Virus record (IMG/VR): IMGVR_UViG_3300046355_000105
Span: 1-58,083 of that record
Strand: one strand, 5' to 3'
Length of the DNA stretch: 58,083 bases
DNA from: a virus
Taxonomy: Duplodnaviria; Caudoviricetes
In this document: one piece after another, positions 46,810-55,748 of the stretch
Layout of the letters: the number at the start of each line of letters is the position of its first letter
Numbering within the stretch: position 1 is the first letter of the stretch
The notes under the pieces: generated by a model
The model's input: the letters and a program-made list of their open reading frames with translations, nothing else
What the model was told of the DNA's origin: nothing
The model's database searches: none
Made by a program: the position numbers and the translations under genes

Positions 46810-47004
46810 TCAGCACTTCCACAAGTAAACAGCCACTATGACCCACATGCACACAGCTACCCAGAAGAACAGTTTGTCCTGCCAGCGTTGCTCTGGTGGG
46901 AACCACCACTGCGCGTTCTCGATGTCGTCTTTGAAGGCGTCACGAGTTGTGCGTGGGAAGCAGCGTGTCGTGGGCCAGCCATAATTTTTATGATAGTTCG
47001 TCAT
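46810..47004 (-). CDS. small membrane protein
   Basis: TTRCFPRT..DAF then a C-terminal TM. Confidence 0.6.
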   Translation of the reverse strand: MTNYHKNYGWPTTRCFPRTTRDAFKDDIENAQWWFPPEQRWQDKLFFWVAVCMWVIVAVYLWKC

Positions 47005-47282
47005 GTGATTTTCCTGAACGTGATGGTGCCAATGATGTCACCACGGTGAACGATGTCGTATTCCTTGCCTTCCTTGGTCGCACCTGCACGTGCCATGTCA
47101 CTAAGCAACACAGTCATAGAGCGGCCAAGCGTTGACACGTACACCACAGCGGATTCTTCGTCGAGTGTCAACCACTCGTTGTCCTTGTCGATGTTTACGC
47201 CGAGCTCTTCAAAGCCGCGCACGAGCTTCGACTCGATACGCACAAGGCGGTTCAACAATTCTTTTTCGAGTTTATAAAGCAT
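47001..47282 (-). CDS. hypothetical protein
   Basis: Start MLYKLEKELL at 47282 preferred. Confidence 0.6.
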   Translation of the reverse strand: MLYKLEKELLNRLVRIESKLVRGFEELGVNIDKDNEWLTLDEESAVVYVSTLGRSMTVLLSDMARAGATKEGKEYDIVHRGDIIGTITFRKIT

Positions 47283-47298
47283 GGTTCTCTTTCGATGG

Positions 47299-47374
47299 TG
47301 GGGTACTCGCTTCACTGCGCCGACCTTCTGGACAAAGACATCCAGTGTCATCACGCAGCATCTGCTTTCCCCCA
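47299..47374 (-). ncRNA. candidate structured RNA hairpin with loop-E (bulged-G) motif
   Basis: UGGGG/CCCCA stem, GAA opposite AGUA, then UGCUGCG/CGCAGUG, GAC/GUC and CUGGAUG/UGUCCAG stems. Confidence 0.5.
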
Positions 47375-47379
47375 GAAAC

Positions 47380-48525
47380 TTATAGTGGAACCTCGACACG
47401 TGTGCCGAATGGTTCGCGTGGATGGCTGTAGCCGATGTCAGCCCAGATCATAGGGAATGGTGGCTCTTCACATTCAGAGAGGTTGCCCTCCATGTCGGTG
47501 AAGAAAATCATTCCGCAGTAACGCTCGTCTTGTTTGGCGAAGTGCTCGAACACAGGTTGGAACCGTGTGCCACCGCCACCCTTGGGGCGCAGCTGCAATG
47601 GCTCGTCACGCTCGAAGCGCTCGGTGTGCGTCACAGACCAGTCGCAGTACACCACCTCGACGAACGCAGGGTTGAGGTCGTCAACGATGGCTTGCAGCTC
47701 GGCAGCAATCTGGTTGCACTCGTCGGGCCCCATGGAGCCCGATGTGTCGAAGCCGATGGCCAAGCCACCCAGTGCGTCAGAGCGCAGCGATGGCATGTAG
47801 AGACCAGAGCCAATGAATCGGCGTGATGGGCGCAGGTAGCTGTAGTCAGCGGCAGCGCTCTCAGTCATCATCGAGCGGGTCACGTCTTGCCAACGCACCT
47901 TGGATTCGCCGACATGCTCAAGCACGCGGTCGATGAGCGTGGAACCTTGGCCGCAGTCCTTGGCCATCTTGGCAGCGGCCACGATGGATGCTTCCATGTC
48001 AACACGTGTTGCATCGTCCTGTGCGTCCTCAAGGTCGCCCTTGCCGTCGAAGCCACCACCGTTGGCGTTGTCATCTTCGTCGCCGTCACCAGAGCCACCG
48101 CCACCATTCTGTTGCTGTTGCTGCTGTTGTTCTTTGAGTTTGTTGTAGACCTCTTCGGATGACATCTCTTCACGCACCCAGCTGAGATGCACGCCACCCT
48201 TGGGCAGCTGCCAGCCACGGCTCTTGATGTACGCGTTGATGAGCGCATCGTTGGCCACGTTCCAAATCTTGGGGTCGCGTCCCTCACGACGCCACATGTG
48301 CATCAGCACTACGTGACATGACTCGTGCAGCACGAGGCCGAACAGTTCTTCGTCTGTCAGCTTCTCGCAGAACGCTTCGTTGTATCGCACCCAGTTGCCG
48401 TTGGTGCCAGCAGTAGATACCCTGTCAGAGACCTCGCGCTTGACGCGGGTCATGACTGCGGCGATGAACGCTTCACGCAGTCCGAGCTTGCTGTATGCGA
48501 GGTCTAGCCTATCCATAAGTGCCAT
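47380..48525 (-). CDS. metallopeptidase-VWA protein (DUF2201-like)
   Basis: LHESCH HExxH, WNVAND..IN, DTSGSM MIDAS, GGGGT.F, FTD. Confidence 0.88.
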   Translation of the reverse strand: MALMDRLDLAYSKLGLREAFIAAVMTRVKREVSDRVSTAGTNGNWVRYNEAFCEKLTDEELFGLVLHESCHVVLMHMWRREGRDPKIWNVANDALINAYIKSRGWQLPKGGVHLSWVREEMSSEEVYNKLKEQQQQQQQNGGGGSGDGDEDDNANGGGFDGKGDLEDAQDDATRVDMEASIVAAAKMAKDCGQGSTLIDRVLEHVGESKVRWQDVTRSMMTESAAADYSYLRPSRRFIGSGLYMPSLRSDALGGLAIGFDTSGSMGPDECNQIAAELQAIVDDLNPAFVEVVYCDWSVTHTERFERDEPLQLRPKGGGGTRFQPVFEHFAKQDERYCGMIFFTDMEGNLSECEEPPFPMIWADIGYSHPREPFGTRVEVPL

Positions 48526-48549
48526 GATTTTCTCCAGTAAATAAGTGAA

Positions 48550-48825
48550 TCATTGTTCGAGAGCGTATATCGCCTCGACCCATAGTTTAGCATCGTCAAT
48601 GCTGTCGAGCCAGTGTTTCGTTGCAACAGGATGCCAGCTTATCTCTGCGTAAATTTTGCCGACCTGTCGCGTTAAATACCATGGCTCGATGTTGACGTGA
48701 GCGAAGCGGTAAGTCCGCATCTTCCCACGTGGAGCTGCTGCGTTGGGGTCAGGTAACTCTGCACGAGCTACCCACCCACCATCGCCATGCTCGTGCCACA
48801 CCAGTTGGTAGCCTGCTAATCCCAT
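48550..48825 (-). CDS. hypothetical protein, paralog of 48830-49126
   Basis: ATG lies inside the palindromic box, with GGAG 7 nt upstream. Confidence 0.6.
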   Translation of the reverse strand: MGLAGYQLVWHEHGDGGWVARAELPDPNAAAPRGKMRTYRFAHVNIEPWYLTRQVGKIYAEISWHPVATKHWLDSIDDAKLWVEAIYALEQ

Positions 48826-48829
48826 GGGA

Positions 48830-49126
48830 TTACTCCGCGCCGTGCTCAAGAGCAAACAGCGATGTTACGTACAGCTTGGCCATGTCGATGTCGGGGAACT
48901 CACGAATCTCGTCGAACGAGTTGCGAGTCACCACCCAACCACCATGCTCGTCAAGAAGACCGAGCGCGTTGTAAGCAGGGCGTATGTGTGCAAAGACTGT
49001 GGCCACATCGTAGGCGTGACCCTTGCGATATTTAGCAGTCTTCAGCACACTCGCCACAACCACACCGTTGCCATCGCGCTGCCAGTCGAGACGGGCTTTG
49101 CCTGTGTAGGGGTGTGTGATGGCCAT
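48830..49126 (-). CDS. hypothetical protein
   Basis: 98 aa; stop codon supplied by the palindromic box. Confidence 0.65.
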   Translation of the reverse strand: MAITHPYTGKARLDWQRDGNGVVVASVLKTAKYRKGHAYDVATVFAHIRPAYNALGLLDEHGGWVVTRNSFDEIREFPDIDMAKLYVTSLFALEHGAE

Positions 49127-49129
49127 AGG

Positions 49130-50137
49130 TTACTTCATCGAGAACGCAGCTTGGTTGGCGATTGCCCACTTGCTGAACGCTGGCGACTTAGTGATTGACT
49201 TGTCACGCTTGTGTGCGAGCTTGATGGTCAGGGTCTGCACTTCGCCGGGCATCTTCTCCAAGAACTTCCATGCCTTGTCGAAGTTGGTAGCGTCGAGGCG
49301 TGTGGCCAAGCCCATCGCAACGCAGTAACGCACGTTCATCTCTTTGGGCACGGCTACGTCCTTGCCTTGCAGGATGTCTTCGATGCGTGGCATCGACTCC
49401 CACACACGCAGGTGCGTCTCGAAAATCATGGCAGCTTCTTCACCCACGTCACCCTTGATGAGCTCGACACGGTCTTGCACAGGCAGGTCGATGTCAACCA
49501 CGTGAGACACAGCGAACCATGAACGTGGTGAGGGGAATGGCTTGATGTCACCAGTGGGCTCGAACTTGTGCAACAAGTCAGGGCGGTCTTGCAACAGCGA
49601 CAGAATCTCTGGGCGGATGCCCTTGGTGATGGCGTGCGAAGTGAAGTCGTCAATGGTGGTGCTCACGTCAATGTCACACATGCGGTTCTGCAGTGGGGCA
49701 GCGAGGTTAAACGTCACGCCACGGTCAGTCTTGCGGTTGCCAGCGGCGATCACCATCCATGTGTCAGGGATGCCGAAGTCTTCTGGTGTCAGGCACAGCT
49801 GGTACGCAGCGGCCTGCACTGAGGGTGGTGCTGAGGTAATCTCGTCGAGGAACAAGATGCCAGCGCCATCGGCGGGTAAGAAGTCAGGGCGTGCCCAGTG
49901 TGTGCGGCCTTCGATGACGTGTGGAATACCGCGCAGGTCGGTGGGCTCCATCTGTGCGAGGCGAAGGTCAATGACACCTTTCCAGTTTGCGACGTGCTCC
50001 GACAAGAGCTTTGACGTTTGGAAGACAACCTCGGACTTGCCGATGCCCGATGGGCCACGCAGTAATGTGGTGCGACGACGAGTGTTGTCGTTGAGGTAAC
50101 GCTTGACGAGGATAGGGGTGATGTGTGCGATACGCAT
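49130..50137 (-). CDS. MoxR-type AAA+ ATPase
   Basis: GPSGIGKS Walker A, ILFLDE Walker B, AAGNR, PLQNR, PSPRSW. Confidence 0.9.
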   Translation of the reverse strand: MRIAHITPILVKRYLNDNTRRRTTLLRGPSGIGKSEVVFQTSKLLSEHVANWKGVIDLRLAQMEPTDLRGIPHVIEGRTHWARPDFLPADGAGILFLDEITSAPPSVQAAAYQLCLTPEDFGIPDTWMVIAAGNRKTDRGVTFNLAAPLQNRMCDIDVSTTIDDFTSHAITKGIRPEILSLLQDRPDLLHKFEPTGDIKPFPSPRSWFAVSHVVDIDLPVQDRVELIKGDVGEEAAMIFETHLRVWESMPRIEDILQGKDVAVPKEMNVRYCVAMGLATRLDATNFDKAWKFLEKMPGEVQTLTIKLAHKRDKSITKSPAFSKWAIANQAAFSMK

Positions 50138-50208
50138 GATGATTTCCTTTGGAGTGAATAAGTGAGGTGCCAGTGAGCCGCACTGGCAACGGTGTTAATC
50201 CCGTGGGA

Positions 50209-50427
50209 TTAGGGGAGTGGTGTTGGGTCTTTAGGCTCGACTTCTTTATTAGAGAGGTCTTCAGCTGCGGCAGCAGCTTGTGCAGCTTTCTCTTGCTCTT
50301 GTGCTTGCAACACGATGTCGTCGATGATGGGACGAACCAAGCCGTGAGGGCCAGTGTTTAGCAGATTGAGCAAAGCGTTGACACCATTGAGGTCAAGTTT
50401 GAGGTCAAGTTTGATGTTGAATTCCAT
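50209..50427 (-). CDS. hypothetical protein
   Basis: 72 aa; AGGA RBS; stop lies in the palindromic box. Confidence 0.65.
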   Translation of the reverse strand: MEFNIKLDLKLDLNGVNALLNLLNTGPHGLVRPIIDDIVLQAQEQEKAAQAAAAAEDLSNKEVEPKDPTPLP

Positions 50428-50459
50428 CGTGGTTCCTAGTAGTTAAGTGAAGGGTTATT

Positions 50460-50702
50460 TTACTCGTCAACCGAGTTGAGGGCAAGCGAAGCATAGTCTG
50501 TGACAGAGAAGGTACGCAGTGACACACCACCGTCTCGCGACTGTGGCTTCATACGCTTGTACCCTGACGCTGCCCAGTCGTACTGCACTGGTTCACCGCA
50601 GCGCAACAACTTAAATGCTTCGACGGCTTTGTCTGTGGGCAATATGATTGTTGTGCTGCCGAACTCAAGCAAAGCACGGGGTTCGTACTTTTCTTCGGCC
50701 AT
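50460..50702 (-). CDS. hypothetical protein
   Basis: Start MAEEKYE with GGAG RBS. Confidence 0.6.
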   Translation of the reverse strand: MAEEKYEPRALLEFGSTTIILPTDKAVEAFKLLRCGEPVQYDWAASGYKRMKPQSRDGGVSLRTFSVTDYASLALNSVDE

Positions 50703-50703
50703 G

Positions 50704-51585
50704 TCAGCTCTCCAGCATTGCGTTGATAGATGCCAGCAATGCAGCGGACTGCACGTTGACTTCGCGGCGCTTCTCTGGGTCGTCACGCAACTGTTGAGGG
50801 TGCGGTGTTGTGTCTGCTACGGACTTGGCCATGGCCAGCACGTTGTCGGGAAGAATCTCGGCGAACGCATGAAGCAAACTGATTTCCTCCATGATGTTGT
50901 CCACCACTGAATCGCGGAAGATGGGTGGCTTGACTTCGCTGTTGCCAGTCTTCTTGTTGACGACTTCGCGGTCGGTCTTGCCAGTCACTTCGTTGAGCTT
51001 CTGCACGACATCCTTGAGGCGCTCCAGTGGGGCACGCAGCATGTTGTTCATCGACTCTTTGGTGGCAGCCTCGACTTCGGCACGCAGTGCGTCCATCTCT
51101 TCTGATTGCAACTGCACACGGAAGTCACCAGAGTCAGTGACTGGGCGGTAGTTGACACGGAAGCGGAAGTCGCTCTTGAGGTCAGTCAGGTCAGGGTACG
51201 CGTTGGCATCGAACAGCTCGCCTTGTGAGGCAGCGGCCTGTGTCATCACGTTGCTCCAGTTGTTGAGGAACGCAGTGACGCACTGGTCGAACTCGACTTG
51301 GTATTTGCCGATGCGCTCGGTGAACTCCATGAACTTCGATGTTGGCAGCAGATACTCGCCACGTGTCCACATGTATGTGGTGCTCTCAATGTAGGCACGG
51401 GCACTTGACTCGACTGTGAGGATTGGTTGCACCAGTGACTTGGGGTACAGGTCTTTGCGGAACTGCCCTGCGCCGTGTGCATTGTTTGCGTCCTCGGCGT
51501 CACGTGTGGCCTTGTCGTCTTTCTTGGTCATCTGTGGCTTATTCACGCTAAGTGAAACCAACAGCGCGTGGTTTTTGATACTCAT
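50704..51585 (-). CDS. DUF3150-like helical protein
   Basis: 293-aa helical early protein; AGGAG RBS; family call from recollection of similar proteins found near MoxR/VWA pairs. Confidence 0.55.
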   Translation of the reverse strand: MSIKNHALLVSLSVNKPQMTKKDDKATRDAEDANNAHGAGQFRKDLYPKSLVQPILTVESSARAYIESTTYMWTRGEYLLPTSKFMEFTERIGKYQVEFDQCVTAFLNNWSNVMTQAAASQGELFDANAYPDLTDLKSDFRFRVNYRPVTDSGDFRVQLQSEEMDALRAEVEAATKESMNNMLRAPLERLKDVVQKLNEVTGKTDREVVNKKTGNSEVKPPIFRDSVVDNIMEEISLLHAFAEILPDNVLAMAKSVADTTPHPQQLRDDPEKRREVNVQSAALLASINAMLES

Positions 51586-51608
51586 AATTTGCTCCTAATC
51601 CCGTGGGA

Positions 51609-52106
51609 TTACTTGGTTGATGATGTGGTTGTTGTGCCCTTTGGCCAGCCCAGTTTGCTCAGGTCAGCGACCACGTTGGCCAGTGCTGGCAGGTTTGCGG
51701 CCTTGGCATCTGGCTTGGGGTAATACTTCTCGAACTCTGGCAAGCGTGTCATCAGCTGCTTGTATGTGCTGCACGATTCGATGGCACCCTTGAGTGAACG
51801 GCGTGCGGCCACGACTGCCTCGTCCTCGGCTTTGTACTTCTTGGTCAGCTCGTCAATGACTACCTCTTTCACGTCACCCACGATGATGTTGCGTGAATCC
51901 CAGTTGCCGTCATAGATGACATCACCAAGGTGGTAAGTACGCAGGGCGCTTGGGCAAGACTTGTAGAGCTTGCGTGCTTCGGGTGACATCGCCTTGACGA
52001 CAGCCGCCTGCAATTCCTCCTTGCGTTTCTTTTTGTCTGGGGTGGGCAAATCGTGCATGATGGCTCGGACGATGGCTTCTTTGTCGTATTTGTTGATTCG
52101 TGACAT
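51609..52106 (-). CDS. Nmad5-like (nucleotide-modification-associated) protein
   Basis: M.RINK..KEAIV...SCSTYKQL...LPEFEKYYP...NLPA pattern. Confidence 0.6.
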   Translation of the reverse strand: MSRINKYDKEAIVRAIMHDLPTPDKKKRKEELQAAVVKAMSPEARKLYKSCPSALRTYHLGDVIYDGNWDSRNIIVGDVKEVVIDELTKKYKAEDEAVVAARRSLKGAIESCSTYKQLMTRLPEFEKYYPKPDAKAANLPALANVVADLSKLGWPKGTTTTSSTK

Positions 52107-52132
52107 GGTGGTTCTCCTGAGTGAATAAGTGG

Positions 52133-52531
52133 TTAGATTGATTTGCGCAGCACAGAAATAACTGCGTCTGCAAACTCGTGGTTGTCGGCATCGACTTTGT
52201 TGTCATCGGCGTTGGTCTCTATCTCGTCAATCTTGGTGTCAAGGTCAGACACTTCTGACTCAACTTTGTCCAGCCTGCGAACGATGTCATTGAGCGTGTC
52301 GTCATAGTGGGCTTCGAGGATGCCCTGCACAGCTTCCTGTGTGTTTTTGTCTTCTGTGAGCAGCGAGTGCAGCGGCAGAGACAAGTTGTTGGGGTCTAGG
52401 GCAATCATCCCCATGCCTTCGGCTTGAGTCTGGTGCTTGAGTTCCGCAACAATGAGCGGTACGAGTTGCTTGGCCAAGTCGTGCATGAAAGCGTTGAACA
52501 ATGGCGCGGTCGGTACAGGTGTCTGTTCCAT
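52133..52531 (-). CDS. hypothetical acidic coiled-coil protein
   Basis: GGAG RBS plus start-associated motif. Confidence 0.65.
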   Translation of the reverse strand: MEQTPVPTAPLFNAFMHDLAKQLVPLIVAELKHQTQAEGMGMIALDPNNLSLPLHSLLTEDKNTQEAVQGILEAHYDDTLNDIVRRLDKVESEVSDLDTKIDEIETNADDNKVDADNHEFADAVISVLRKSI

Positions 52532-52627
52532 GATTTCTCCAATAAGTAAACAAGTGGTGGTTAATCCCGTGGGATTAGGGTCATGCGCTGAGTGGTTTTC
52601 TCAGTTCATGGTTAGTATTGTAGCAGA

Positions 52628-52948
52628 TTACTTGCTACGTGTCAAGCCAAGCACTTCATCGACGATGGACTGGTCAAGTTGCTGGCGCAGTTGTTCTGCA
52701 GCAGCGTCGATTTGGGCTTGGTACGAAGGCGAAACGTATTGTGTTGTACGAATCGGCGTTGGCTGTGTCATGTTGTCATACCATCGTTTATTGCGCACCA
52801 GCGCACGCGTTGTTAGGCGGTCAACCTCAAGGTAGTGGTCAGGCATGGGAGCGCCGTCATAGAGCAGAATGAGCTCCGCTCTTAATGATAGTAACTCTTG
52901 CGCTTGACGGGCGCGTCGCGCCCTGATTCGGTTCTGTTTCTTACTCAT
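52628..52948 (-). CDS. hypothetical protein
   Basis: Arg-rich N-terminus; ATGA coupling. Confidence 0.6.
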   Translation of the reverse strand: MSKKQNRIRARRARQAQELLSLRAELILLYDGAPMPDHYLEVDRLTTRALVRNKRWYDNMTQPTPIRTTQYVSPSYQAQIDAAAEQLRQQLDQSIVDEVLGLTRSK

Positions 52949-53547
52949 AGCTCCAGCTCCAGTTGGTTCTTGTGCAGCTCGCGGCGGATGTCGTGCTCAA
53001 CCTGCACAATCTGGTTGTTGATGACTTCATCGCGCCACTTGGTGTTGTCCTCGTCGCTGTCGAGTATCGTGCTCTCATACCCGCCACAGTACGAGCGGAA
53101 GTCCTCGTCGATTTCGTCATCTTCATTCAGCGGGGCCACGCCCACGGTCAGCCAGCACCAGTCGTCGTGGTACCAGCCCGTGATGTAGGCGAAGTCCTTC
53201 TCGACAACCTCCATGCAGCGGTCAGGCTCGACGCCCCACTCAGTACGCGCCTTGTGCAGCGAACCCAGCACGTCGTAGTACAGACCGCTGTCGTAGCGGT
53301 TTGATGGTGGCTGAATCTGGCGCATCATGCGCAGACGTGTCTCTTCTTCGAGCTCAGGCTCGTTGTCCAGCAGGTGTTGCTCCAGCTGTTCCTCGTCGGT
53401 GGGGTTCCAGTCGAGGCGCTCGGTGACACCGTAGCAGTCTGTCTCTTCTAGCGGGCTGCCCATGTCGTGGTCGTAGTACCAGCGCACGTTGTACTTCTTG
53501 CCAGACTTGTGCGTGTAGGTCTCTTCGTGGTGGATGTCGTGACTCAT
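52945..53547 (-). CDS. highly acidic hypothetical protein
   Basis: 200 aa, rich in D/E/W/Y. Confidence 0.7.
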   Translation of the reverse strand: MSHDIHHEETYTHKSGKKYNVRWYYDHDMGSPLEETDCYGVTERLDWNPTDEEQLEQHLLDNEPELEEETRLRMMRQIQPPSNRYDSGLYYDVLGSLHKARTEWGVEPDRCMEVVEKDFAYITGWYHDDWCWLTVGVAPLNEDDEIDEDFRSYCGGYESTILDSDEDNTKWRDEVINNQIVQVEHDIRRELHKNQLELEL

Positions 53548-53732
53548 ATCGTTCTCCCTTGCAATGAACTTACTCGTGCTTTGATGATGACGGCCTGTGT
53601 GTATAGCTTGGTCGCCTGCTTGAACTGTTCCTCGTCGATGTCGCCACGCTCGAACACTGGGTCGAGCAACTCCATCAGGTCAGTCGCTTGCTTGAGCGCC
53701 TTCTGGCGCTGGGCTTCGGTCATTGTTTTCAT
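53544..53732 (-). CDS. hypothetical protein
   Basis: AAGGA RBS immediately after a palindromic box. Confidence 0.6.
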   Translation of the reverse strand: MKTMTEAQRQKALKQATDLMELLDPVFERGDIDEEQFKQATKLYTQAVIIKARVSSLQGRTI

Positions 53733-53755
53733 GGTGGTTCCTTAATCCCGTGGGA

Positions 53756-54052
53756 TTAGCTGTGTTGGTCGAGTAGCCAAGCGATGTGCTTGATCTTGTT
53801 GGCAGGTGTTGCCCGCACGTAGATGGCCTTGTCGCAGTCGGGTATGTCCTCGCAGTTGACGTTGGCGTACCCGAACGGGTTGTGCTGCCCCACGCATCCG
53901 ATGCAGTCTTGCGACACCACTGGCGCGATTGGCACCGCGCGGAATGGCTGCTTACCAGTGTTAGGTATGACAACGCACGGCTGTGCTTTTCCTGTCGAGT
54001 GGACACCAGCGGGCAGGTATTTCAGTCGTAGGCTTTTAGTAATCTTTGGCAT
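53756..54052 (-). CDS. Cys-containing hypothetical protein
   Basis: CIGC...C...C; stop lies in the palindromic box. Confidence 0.55.
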   Translation of the reverse strand: MPKITKSLRLKYLPAGVHSTGKAQPCVVIPNTGKQPFRAVPIAPVVSQDCIGCVGQHNPFGYANVNCEDIPDCDKAIYVRATPANKIKHIAWLLDQHS

Positions 54053-54266
54053 GGTTGATTCCTTCCAATGTCATTTTCGCAAGAGTCGCTGTGTCTACCC
54101 ATAGGTTGCCAGTTCCACATGTGGCGTTGCATCGTGGGTTGAGCGGGTCGTACTCGTGGCAATAGGCGCATATCGGTATGGTTGTGTCCTCGCCTGATTG
54201 CCTACGCCACACACGCACCGCACTAATGCGAACCTTGTGCTGGTCGTGGTGAGTAACTTCCCTCAT
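54036..54266 (-). CDS. Cys-containing hypothetical protein
   Basis: CAYC...C...C. Confidence 0.55.
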   Translation of the reverse strand: MREVTHHDQHKVRISAVRVWRRQSGEDTTIPICAYCHEYDPLNPRCNATCGTGNLWVDTATLAKMTLEGINHAKDY

Positions 54267-54514
54267 CTCTCCATCCTCTCAAGTTGTCGGGCTGCCCACC
54301 ACGCGATGCCGTCATTCTGTGCCTCGGCGAACGTGTCGCGGATGCGGCTGTGGTATTCCTTGAGCCCGTTTTCTGAAAGAGCCACGGCGAATCTCCACTG
54401 AGACCCGCTGGCCGTGTGTCGTTGAATCCAGCAGCTGGCGTACTCACCATCGACGAACATATCGTGGAACTCGCCCTGTCTGTTCATGTTGGCGTTGAAT
54501 TTCCACTCAATCAC
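54263..54514 (-). CDS. hypothetical protein
   Basis: GTG start with GGAGG RBS. Confidence 0.55.
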   Translation of the reverse strand: MIEWKFNANMNRQGEFHDMFVDGEYASCWIQRHTASGSQWRFAVALSENGLKEYHSRIRDTFAEAQNDGIAWWAARQLERMER

Positions 54515-54716
54515 GGTGTGCCTCCAGCTTCTCACGGAACTTGATGAAGCGGTTGTGCGCCTCCACTACCTGAGTGCGTGCGTCTTCGTTGGTGATGAAA
54601 GTCATCAGCATCATCTTGGCCACACGTGCCTCGTCTTTGAATTTAAAGGCTGCACCAGTGGCAATGGCTGCCCAGATGAACAGGATGAACTCGGTGGTTG
54701 TGATATTTAATTCCAT
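54507..54716 (-). CDS. small membrane protein
   Basis: N-terminal hydrophobic helix; ATG lies inside a palindromic box. Confidence 0.55.
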   Translation of the reverse strand: MELNITTTEFILFIWAAIATGAAFKFKDEARVAKMMLMTFITNEDARTQVVEAHNRFIKFREKLEAHRD

Positions 54717-54728
54717 GGGATTAGTCTT

Positions 54729-54959
54729 TCAGTATGTGTTGTCAAGGTATGAATAGTCGTTGGGCTTACGCACCACTGCGACCCATCGTTTCGGCTCGGC
54801 GGTCGGCTGCACCGTCGGCGTTTTGTTGGCCTCATCGACAAGCAGGGTGAACACGAACAGGTCTTCGCGGGATAGCGTGAACAGGTTCTCGGTGGCGGAT
54901 GTCCAGTGCCATAGGCACCAAGCGAAGCGAGGTTTGGCAGGGCCAAGGCGGAATCTCAT
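54729..54959 (-). CDS. hypothetical protein
   Basis: GGAGG RBS; ATGA coupling. Confidence 0.5.
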   Translation of the reverse strand: MRFRLGPAKPRFAWCLWHWTSATENLFTLSREDLFVFTLLVDEANKTPTVQPTAEPKRWVAVVRKPNDYSYLDNTY

Positions 54960-55606
54960 ACTGCCACCTCCATCAAAGCCAAGTGGCCGCGCACTGCTGC
55001 ACGCACCTCGTCGATGTCTGGGTTGGCCAGCGTTGTGGTCAGGAAACCGATGGTGGTCTGCAACTCGTACAGGGCGGGTGCATCTACCGCGTCGAGCGGG
55101 ATGTTGTGGGTGAAGTTGCGCATGGCCACGTTGGCACGGTGCAGGCAGGATGTCAGGGTACCTCGTCGTGTGGCTTCGCGCAGTCTGGGCAAGTTCACGT
55201 CCTTCAAGGTGTGATTGATGAGGCCGATGGTGTTGAGCACGTGGTCGGTGTTGTGGCGGTCGAGGTTGTTGTCAATGCACGGCGTGATGAAGATGTCGTC
55301 GCTGTTGTAGCCGTAGACCTTGCGGAAACCTGACAAGAAATAGCCCTTGTGGCGCTCTGTGCTGTTGGAGTATCGGGCTGGTGTGAGCCACAGCTCGTTG
55401 CGCTTGGTGTGGACATTGCGCATGATGCGAGCAACCACGGTGCGATAGCTGATGCCAGTCTGCACTAGGTAGAAGGATTTGCCTTGGCCAGCATGGTGTG
55501 CATCGTTGTCTGGGTTTTGGACTCTGAGCGTGCTCATACGTGAGCCAGTTGCATTGGTTGCTAGGTTGCCGAAAGCGACGCCAACGTCGTGATGTGATTT
55601 AGCCAT
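54956..55606 (-). CDS. hypothetical early protein
   Basis: First gene after the strong promoter; SYRTVVA and YSNSTERH motifs; GGAG RBS before MAKSHH. Confidence 0.7.
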   Translation of the reverse strand: MAKSHHDVGVAFGNLATNATGSRMSTLRVQNPDNDAHHAGQGKSFYLVQTGISYRTVVARIMRNVHTKRNELWLTPARYSNSTERHKGYFLSGFRKVYGYNSDDIFITPCIDNNLDRHNTDHVLNTIGLINHTLKDVNLPRLREATRRGTLTSCLHRANVAMRNFTHNIPLDAVDAPALYELQTTIGFLTTTLANPDIDEVRAAVRGHLALMEVAV

Positions 55607-55702
55607 GGTGAACTCCAAGAAGTAAATAAGTGAGGGAGAGTGCCTAATCCCGTGGGATTAGGGCTTGGGTCAAAACAAACGGTTCTCTGTCTTGATGGAT
55701 GT

Positions 55703-55731
55703 ATTGTAACGTATTACTCGTAGCTTGTCAA
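55703..55731 (-). promoter_or_regulatory. strong sigma70 early promoter
   Basis: Minus strand TTGACA-N17-TACAAT. Confidence 0.85.
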
Positions 55732-55748
55732 GCGTAGAGGTCTGACTG

